DNA of 34,584 nucleotides. It comes from Octopus sinensis (Eukaryota). Both the position numbers and the translations under genes were made by a program. Below are positions 25,648-34,584 of this stretch, in pieces (within the stretch, counting starts at the first letter, position 1; each line of letters begins with the position of its first letter). A model generated the notes under the pieces. The model saw only the letters and a program-made list of their open reading frames with translations, made no database searches and had not been told where the DNA came from. The stretch covers positions 1 to 34,584 of the forward strand of contig NW_021831663.1 in the NCBI RefSeq assembly GCF_006345805.1, given 5' to 3'.

Positions 25648-28600
25648 CATACCGCTTCGTCAGAAACTGCTACTTTAACCGACGCCAATAATGGAGTTGT
25701 TCGAGATTGATGCGTCCCTTAAGGATATTCCTATACCACCCAAAGATGCCTTCCTTAAGGAGTTGGTTTGTAAAACCAACGCATTCATAAACCGGATAAG
25801 ATGGCTCATTTTCTTCCACGAGAACGAAGATCTAAAATCGAACCGGACAACTGCATCGTCCGAATACGGCCGGCTTTTTAAAACATTGGATACGCCGCCA
25901 CCGAACCCAAGACTGAAGAAGTTTGAGGACGACTTGTGGGACATAGTTAGAAAGATTAAGTTCAGGAAGTCACCCAGGAGAATGCCCACCTCAGATACCT
26001 AGATAAAATTACCAAGGACATTAATAGAACGGACGGAGTCCTGTCCAGTCCGACAAGACCAGGAACACATACAAGATGCCCATTAAGCAGTACCTAGATT
26101 TACTCGGTAAAGAGATCAAGAAAATTATAGAAAAACCAATTGGAGTACCCTGAGGAAGGTAAACTTGGAAATTAAGGATAAATATTTAAACACCGAATTC
26201 AAATGAGAACTCAGCCGCTTAGCCCCAAGCAACCCAGATTTATAGTGAAGGACCATAAACCCAACTTCCACACCAACCCAGCGCTAAACTCATATGCCCT
26301 GCTAGATCTGATATCGGGATAATCAGTAAGTACATTTTAGATAAATATATCCCTAGTTTAGTAAACAAGCTGAAGCTCAGCCTCTGGCCAACTCCTCGCA
26401 GGTAGTGAAGTGGTTCTCTTCCATCCCCAATAAGAACCGTACTAGGTTCATTCAGTTTGATATCGCCAGCTTCTACCCCTCGATTAACCCTAGTGTGCTA
26501 AATAAGGCCCTCTGGCATGCTCACAACAAGGCAGGCCTCACCAGAGAAGAGATAGATATCATTTTAGTTGCCAGGAAATCGTTTATTAAGTTTGATAATA
26601 AGCTGTGGATCCGTAAGGATACTCCCAATGAATTTGATGTGCCTATGGGTAGTTCGGATAGTGCGCAGATAGCCGATTTGGTCGGAATATATTCTTCTCT
26701 ACGAATTGTCCGATCAATTCCCGGAAATCGCGGGCGGCCTGTATCGTGACGATTGTCTGTTTTACCTGCAAAACACCACGAACAGAATAGTGCAGAAAAC
26801 TAAGAGCAGGTTAGCTAGGTTTTTTAATAGAATGGCATGAGTATAGTTTTTTGATAACGAACTCACAAGGCTAATTTCCTAGACGTTACACTTAACCTTA
26901 ATAGCGACTCATACTGCCCTTACCATAAGCCTTCCACTAATTTGAAGTATGTCAGTGTCTTCTCAAATCATGCCAAAACCGTAACAGACAATTTGGTTAA
27001 AAACATCTCTCTAAGATTGTCTGGCCTGTCCGCCAGTGCCGATATTTTTATGCAGAAAGCGGATTTTTATAACGCCGCACTATCCAAGGCCGGTTATAGG
27101 CAGAAGGTAATTTATATTGATCCGGCCCTTCCGATGCCATCATTCGGTCATCAGGATAGGGCCGTATATAATAACATTAACATTTTAAAAGTAAGACGGG
27201 AGCGCGGCGGATACCGGGGTAGTCGCTCCCGCATTTAATTTAGCGAACAAGGATAATTATCGGTCCGGGAGGTCTTACACTAACCCAAGACCCGTTATTC
27301 ATCCGAGAATCACCCACCCAAATGCGAGAGCTGGCGTCCCGACCCATCACACTGATAGGAATAAGCATATATGGTTTGTAATCCCCTTTGGTAAGCAGAT
27401 TAGAACTAACCTCCCCCTCATGTTTAGACAAGCCATCGCCAATAACTTCCCCAAAATTCCAAATATTACTCCACGGTTAACTCACATAAAGTTAGGATAG
27501 CTTTCTCCAACACTAAAAACCTCCTCGCCAGATAATCGCCTCCCATAATAATAGGCTACTTACTAAGACCCTATCACCTTTTTCCGGAGGCACAGCCTCT
27601 TCCGCTCCCGGTTTAATGCTCAGTAGGAATAATTATAGTAGTAATAATGATATGAGAGCCAGTACAGTGACACATAATCTCAGCTCCAGCCAGGGAGTAC
27701 CCACTAGGGGTATAGTTATAAATAGGGGTGTTGTGGTTGATGGTAACAATGGGAGTAGGGTAGAGAGCCCCTTTATCATCCCCAGCATCATTTCCCGCAA
27801 TAGCAGTACCACGGGCAGTAGCAATGACAGCACTCTGATAGATAGTGGAGAATCAGGGTTATTCCTATAGTTAATAGTGACGTAGTGGAAAATAGAGTAG
27901 TAAGCGGCTGCAGGTCTCGGAACGAATATAGTGACAGGAACGCAGTTCTAATTTCAGAAACCAATCCTAGCAGAGTAAGATTTACGTCGGCGAACTCCAA
28001 GATCAAAACGCCGTCTACCAATGCAAGGTTTACACCGGACTCAGATGCCTTCACTTATATAGGGGCATCATCCTCAAGATTGTCTTTGCGTGTCTCCAAC
28101 CACCATTACGCAACTTTTCGGGACGTGAACAAGCGCCAGACCACGGGACTCAGTAAGCTAATATGGCGACTGAAGGATGCGAACTTAAGCTATAGGCTGG
28201 AATGGTCAATTTTGTCGGTGGCCCTCCCATTTGATAGGGGCAGAAGACAGTGCAACCTTTGTGTCTCCGAACTCTTCCATATTTTGTTTGCCAGAGGCCG
28301 GATGGTAAACGGGCTCTTACAGTCGGCTTTTCGATGCCCCCATTGGCGGCGTTACACTTATCTGGCCTTTAAATAGCGTTTATAAATAAGACCGGCACCC
28401 ATAGCCCTTGGTAACAAATTCTGAAATAGATTTTAAGATATCTACAATTAACCACTGCAAGGGAAATTACTCCTGTAAGACAACGGGGCTTGTTTTTTCA
28501 CAGCGGGGGGTTTCCTTGTCAAGGTAGGCTTAGATGAACACACACACACACACATAAAACATAAAATATATATATAATTTCTTTATTTTTTTTCTTTCTG

Positions 28601-28984
28601 CCACCCAACGGTTATCACGCAGTAGCCACTGACAGCCGAACGATCAAACGCACACACGTACACAAAAATGTTTTCTACCCCTACGCCAACACACACATAT
28701 ATAGAACAGTATACACACACACACACGTCTCTAAGTAGATTTTTTCTCGCCCCTTATAAAACATCCAATATTCTTTAAATAGTCAGAACTTTATTCTCGG
28801 TCACAAAGAACATCTATACACCCTCACCCACATGTTTGACCGATGCCTGACCTGTTGAATCTTCAGCCACCGGTTCTCAACATACACTGATAAACAGTTT
28901 CGCCATGGGCTCTTAGGAGCACAGTTCGATTGTTTTTTTTGCTCTGCCTCTGTTCTGTTTTGTTTTTCCAACGGATTTCCTTTT

Positions 28985-29070
28985 TTCTTCCTGAAGAGAA
29001 GACACAATATGGTCCCATTATTCAATCGGATTTTGGTAATTTGTGCCTTCGAAACACGTGTAGAATGAAA
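28985..29070 (+). ncRNA. Type I hammerhead ribozyme at the 3' end of element B
   Basis: ttc-CTGAAGA-gaagacacaa..ttgtgccttc-GAAA-cacgtg-TA-gaa. Confidence 0.88.
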
Positions 29071-29129
29071 TACAACGATTTCTGTTCAATCTGCGTTCAG
29101 CTCCATTTCTCTTCAATTCACCAATAATG

Positions 29130-29164
<35 letters not shown>

Positions 29165-29172
<8 letters not shown>

Positions 29173-30695
29173 TTATCTTTTTTAATAATTTCGATATATT
29201 TAAATAATATAAATAATTAATCTTATGTATTGGCTTAAGTTTTTCATTGTATGATTTGCCTAATAGTGGTTTTATCTCTAATTAATATATATATATATAT
29301 AATATATATTATATATATATAATATTATATAACATATATGTATAGATAGATAGATTCTGTAAATTTCAATTATATATATATATATATGTACGTATGTATA
29401 TAACAAATGAAAGTATATATGTATATATATGTATATATATATATATAATATTATATACACATACATATACGATATATGTATGTTGTGTATTGTATGTATA
29501 TGTAAGTACGAACATGTGTCTGTGTGTTTTGTACAACAATCACATATACACTAATCCCCGTTTTAAAATTTCATTTCAATTAGGAACGTAATATACATAT
29601 AAGATATATATAATATTATATATATCTATATATATATATATATATTATATATATATATATATATATACGTATATATGATATATATATATTTATATGAGGG
29701 AATATATATATATACATATATATATACATATGTATATATTGTTGTATTTAGGAATTCCCATTTTGCCAGTTTAGCCAATAAAACACACGCATTATATATT
29801 TGGTGTTACTATGCTTCAACGTTATTTATTTTTTACATTCATCTTAATGTTATTTCGGCCAGAGTTCTTTCGTCACACTCCTGTATCCGCATCAGTGGTC
29901 CTTTGCTTTCTTCTTTCTTTTTTGTGTGTCTCTCCATACTAACCGTCAGCCATATTGTATTTCTATTGTATGTGTCTTCATTTAGGCATGTGTATATCCT
30001 ATGAGCATCTATGTTTAGTTAGTGTGTGTGTGGGGGTGATGCCTGTAATATTTGTATCTCCTTTTTTATCTATTTCGTGTAATGCACGCCCGAAAATACA
30101 TAAACCAAACACACCCACACACGGACACACATAGAACCCCTGAAAATACAACACACTCAAACACACACACACACATACATATGCACCTTCACACACTCAT
30201 ACGGTTGCACAGACACACACATACACACAGGCGGACAAGTATAACAACACAAACATACTCAGACAGAGACCATCATATTCACGTACACGCACATAACATC
30301 ACCACCAACACAACACACACAAACATACACTCGAACACACACAGACGCACACATACATGCAAAAAACCATACACACATGCGCACACACAGTACCCTGACA
30401 AATACAAATCACACATACACACGCACAAACGTTCACACATATACACGCACCATCCTGCTAAATATAAACCACACATATACACAGACACCATACACACTAC
30501 ACACTAAACTCTAAGTCCAATAGAAAAAACCAACACACACAAATACAATCATATATATATATACACACCACGCGCGCTCACATTCACTCACAACCGTTTT
30601 GAACTCTAAACCCAGTCCTCTTTTTAAATCATCTAATAAGACGCTTCTGCATCGAAAGACGCACCACAACTGGTCAATAAGTTTCGCACCCGAGT
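29165..30695. repeat. Non-coding block X, copy 2
   Basis: Matches 19225-20576. Confidence 0.93.
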
Positions 30696-30857
30696 ATCTT
30701 CTCAAATTACACAAACACCCAAAATCTCAGACAATAACACATAATATCGTATTTATTGTCTGTGAAAATTATAGAATATTCAAATTGGATAAAAACTTAT
30801 ACTCACTTTTCTGACGAAAACAATGCTGTTCTGAACATTTTGGCCGCAAGTGTATAT

Positions 30858-30942
<85 letters not shown>

Positions 30943-30999
30943 CATATATATATAAAAGCATAAATACATATATATATATATATATGTATACACACACAC

Positions 31000-31056
<57 letters not shown>

Positions 31057-31350
31057 ATATATATACACATATATGTATGTATGTTGTATAAATACATATA
31101 TATGTGTATGGACAAATACATATCCATACATATATACACCATTCATAAAAGCGCTTACAACCCATACATCTCAATATATCTCATATGAATTCACGAAGTA
31201 TTTAATGAATGTAAGTTTGGAAAATAAAATAAACTGGTTAGTCTGCGTCTTCATTACCACGTTAATTAAGTGAAAGGAAAGTTAGAATAAGAATCAGATG
31301 CAGAGGTTTAAACATAATTTTATGAAAGGTATCGTAGTTCTATATCATAC

Positions 31351-31486
31351 TTTGTTGACAATTGTAGCCTCTATATCCAGCAGAACATCCTCTGAGCAGT
31401 TTCCATTTGTTCTGTTGCAGTTTTCCTCTCGTCAATACAATGACATGTCCGTCACAATTACTAACCAAATCTACCAGCTTCACATT
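31351..31486 (-). CDS. EGF exon, type B, several indels (ECEAGRFG..C.RTCHCID...CNRTNGNC...CSAGYRGYNCQQ)
   Basis: Clear paralogue of 20862-20996; splice sites intact; frame broken. Confidence 0.8.
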
Positions 31487-31744
31487 CTGAAAATATTAAT
31501 ACAACCAATAGGTTAGATATTATTAACTCCACACAATAAAAGTTATGGCTGTAAGAGTTCTCTTCTACAAATATATGTGAGATATCAAGACACGCTTTTT
31601 TATTATCTGGATCTTAAAGCATAACTCATGAGTTAACATTGAAGTAGTCTTTGATGATAAATAAGAAAGTTGATTTACGCTAAGAAACACTAAATCAAAT
31701 GTAGAGAATTTTGAAATCGTGGAATAAAAAGTATTGGAAATAAC

Positions 31745-31873
31745 CTTCTTGGCAGTTGTACCCGGTGTATCCTGCATGACACAATCCTGAACACGATCCA
31801 TTTATGTGGTTACATGTTGCGTGACAATGACATTTCTTTGTACAATTGCGACCAAAATAACCGCTGGAACATT
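31745..31873 (-). CDS. EGF exon, type A, intact (ECSSGYFGRNCTKKCHCHATCNHINGSCSGLCHAGYTGYNCQE)
   Basis: 129 bp, phase 1-1, open frame, canonical splice sites. Confidence 0.93.
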
Positions 31874-32224
31874 CTGAAATAATAAAAAAAAACGTTGGCT
31901 ATGAATTGCTATTATAAGAGAGTTGTATGGTATCTTATAGATGACTCAGTATGCCAGATATTGTTATATATTTTAGCATTACAGACACTAGATAGAGATG
32001 AGTATATACTTGATTCCTCATTGTATTTCAACGTGGATCAATGAAATGTCACTATAGATTATAAGATGAAAGTATTCGTTTAAAATAAGATTGGATGAAA
32101 TATCAAATATAGATAATTATAAAGAATCACGAGCAGACAAAAGACTTCTTTCAGCAACTTTTGCATACGTCGCCTCCCTATATCAGAAATGGTGTTCAAT
32201 GGTGATAGAGTTATTAATGAATGA

Positions 32225-32375
32225 AAGTTTGGTAAGAAGCTTGCTTCCAACCATATGGATCCGGTTCAGTCCCACTGCATAGCACCTTCTGCATCTGTCT
32301 TCTATTATAGAGTCGAGTCGACCAAAGCCTTGATAGTGCCACTTGGTAGGCAGAAACTGAAAGAAGGCATCGATA
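32225..32375 (+). mobile_element. SINE 5' fragment, family of 475-775
   Basis: ggttcagtcccactgc..tgtcttcta.tatag..cgaccaaagccttg..gaaactgaaagaag. Confidence 0.7.
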
Positions 32376-32444
32376 CATGCATACATACACACACATACAC
32401 ATAAATATATATGTATATAGATAAATATTATATATATATATCCA

Positions 32445-32479
<35 letters not shown>

Positions 32480-32824
32480 AATGTAACATATATATATATG
32501 TATATATATATATATTATATATATATATATTATGTATAATATAATATATATATATATATGTAATATTTATATTTAAATTATTAACATATGTATTTTTACC
32601 TTGGGGTTGGCCAGATTGGGGTAATCTCAAGTATAACCAGTCGCAATTGCAAAGATAATCTGGAACTTGACTGAGGAAAGAACCTCCGAATGACCCGTCC
32701 TTATTTCTTTGTACTATCAATATGGATGGTTGTTATAACTTTTTTGTATCATCTAACTGTCTGGATGTTTGCGTTCTTGTCCCATTTTGTATTATATATA
32801 TATATATATATAATATATATATAT

Positions 32825-34370
32825 GGCCGCCCCATCGTCTCTGCCTGTAACTGCCCCAGGAGCTCATCTCTAAATACCTCGACCGTGTCCTTGCCCCCCT
32901 AGTGGCATCTCTTCCCTCCCACATCCACGATACCAACCATGCTCTCCGGCTTTTCAACTCTTTCTCCTCCTCCCGGCTCTTCCAAAATCCTTTTACTATG
33001 GACATCCAAAGCCTCTATACTGTTATCCCTCACCACGAAGGACTGCAGGCCCTTCGACACTTTCTTACCTTCCTTCGCTCTAACCCTGTACCTGACACCT
33101 CCACACTCATTCGTCTGGCCGAACTTGTCCTTACTCAACTGCTTCTCGTTCGCGGGCGAGTTCTACCATCAGGTCTCGGAGTGGCAATGGGAACGCGAAT
33201 GGGCCCCAACTATGCGAACCTGTTCGTTGGCTATGTTGAGGCCCAAATATTCTCCAATTTCACTGGTCCCACTCCTGAACTATATGGTCGTTATATTGAC
33301 GACATTATCGGTGCCACTCACTCTCCTCTCTCCCCCGAAACATCTAGATTCCTTCCTCTCTTTCGTCCAATCTTCCATCCAGCCCTCCACTTCACTTCCA
33401 CTATCTCCAACACCTCTGTCTCCTTCCTCGACATTTCGGTTAGCATTCTTCACTCCACTCTTACCACCTCCATTCACTACAAACACACAGACTCACACTC
33501 ATACCTCAACTTCTCTTCCTCCCACCCAGAACACACCAAGCTTTCCATCCCCTATTCCCATTCCTCCTTCTGTCTACGTAGGCTCTGTAGTGACGACCAT
33601 GACTTTGAGACTCAGTCTCAATGTATGGCTCACCACTTCACCCTAGTGGATACCCCCTCACCACTATCCACACCGCCCTTGCCAAAGCACGGTCCGTGGA
33701 CCGTGTATCTGCTCTCTCTCTCCCCGACCCGCCCTGTAGTCTCCCGCCTCCCTTTTCCCCTCACTTACCACCACCACCACGACCCTACGTCTCCAACGCA
33801 CCATTCTTTCGAGCTTTCGTCATCTCCAGTCCGACCCGTCCACTTCACACCTCTTCCCTAACCGACCCCTCCCTCTCTTTCAAACGAGCCCACACCTTCG
33901 AGACCTTTTGGTCCATAGCTCCTTCCCTGACCCTACCTCCCACCCCGGCTCGTTCCCCTGCTCCCGCCCACGTTGCCGCACTTGCCCTTACTCTCCAACA
34001 CCACCCGCCTCACTAGCACCCACCATCGACCCTATCCCATCATCCACTCCTTCACCTGCACCTCCAGCAATATTATCTATTGCATCTCTTGCTCTCTCTC
34101 TGCAATTCCTTGTACATCGGACAAACGGGACGCCGCTTGGCTGACCGGTTCGCGGAACACCTTCGTGACATCCACCTTGCCGACACGACACACCGGTCTC
34201 ACGCCATTTCCGCTCCACCGGTCACTACTCCTTGCAACACCTATCTGTGTTCGGTTTGTCCTTACACAGAGGCCATCCGGATTCCCGTTTGCGCCGTGAA
34301 CAGGAATTAATCTTCTCTCTTCGCTCTTATACGCCATTTGGTCTCAACTCTCCCCCCCTCCTCATCTAAC
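32825..34370 (+). mobile_element. 5'-truncated Neptune-type Penelope-like element (RT + GIY-YIG, frameshifted)
   Basis: GRPIVS, TMDIQSLYTVIP, GVAMGTRMGPNYANLF, RYIDD, FLD, CSRPRCRTC, FTCTSSNIIYCISC and LYIGQTGR..RFAEH motifs; starts directly at (TA)n. Confidence 0.93.
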
Positions 34371-34584
34371 CCCCCTCTCCCCCCCTCCTCACCTATCCTT
34401 TATCCCACCGACCCCTACTTCTTCAGTCCTTCATCCTTTCACCCCTACTACCCCTTCCCTTCTTCCTCTTTCTCCCTCCCTCTTCTTCCCCTTCCCTCTG
34501 CTCCCTCACTCCCTCTCTCCCCTCTCCCCCCCCCTTCTCTCTCTCTCCCCTCTCCCTCTTCCCCTTCATCCCCCTCCTCACCTT
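34350..34584 (+). repeat. C/T-rich low-complexity tract, probably the Neptune 3' UTR
   Basis: Almost pure pyrimidine sequence directly after the ORF. Confidence 0.8.

Larger units (their letters stand above)
25487..29130 (+). mobile_element. Naiad-type Penelope-like element B, full length (ORF 25691-28376, frameshifted)
   Basis: SLKDIPIP..RIRW, KDHK, FIQFDIASFYPSI, MGSSDSAQIADLVG, GLYRDD, VYQC..TYIG and CNLC..RCPH motifs; (TA)n on both sides. Confidence 0.95.

Noticed and set aside
22426-28376. Selenocysteine-encoding Naiad
   Set aside because: Some Naiads use in-frame UGA at Cys positions, but the Cys positions I could read use normal codons, breaks are frameshifts, and I recognised no SECIS.
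32565-32795. PLE 3' end with CTGAGGA..CGAA between TA tracts
   Set aside because: Core incomplete and stems do not pair convincingly; left uncalled.

Overview
AT-rich, microsatellite-dense eukaryotic DNA, most likely octopus, judged from the SINE families. Most supplied ORFs are microsatellite noise. The window lies inside one minus-strand gene encoding a receptor-type protein tyrosine phosphatase: at least 7 tandem EGF/laminin-EGF exons (MEGF10-like), a transmembrane exon, two juxtamembrane exons and the first four PTP-domain exons. Both gene ends lie outside the window. The introns hold two near-identical Naiad-type Penelope-like elements (PLEs) bounded by ~142-bp inverted repeats and a second, divergent full-length Naiad. 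They also hold a 5'-truncated Neptune-type PLE, several short non-coding PLE/retrozyme-like elements, CORE-type SINEs, a LINE 3' end and a deleted mariner. The main hidden signal is a set of type I hammerhead ribozymes with a palindromic stem III, usually with a long stem II. They are shared by autonomous Naiads and tiny non-coding elements, several of which show a permuted layout with an inverted 3' tail at the 5' end, suggesting a circular-RNA retro-system that targets (TA)n. Scattered 1-bp indels in exons and ORFs suggest an unpolished long-read assembly.
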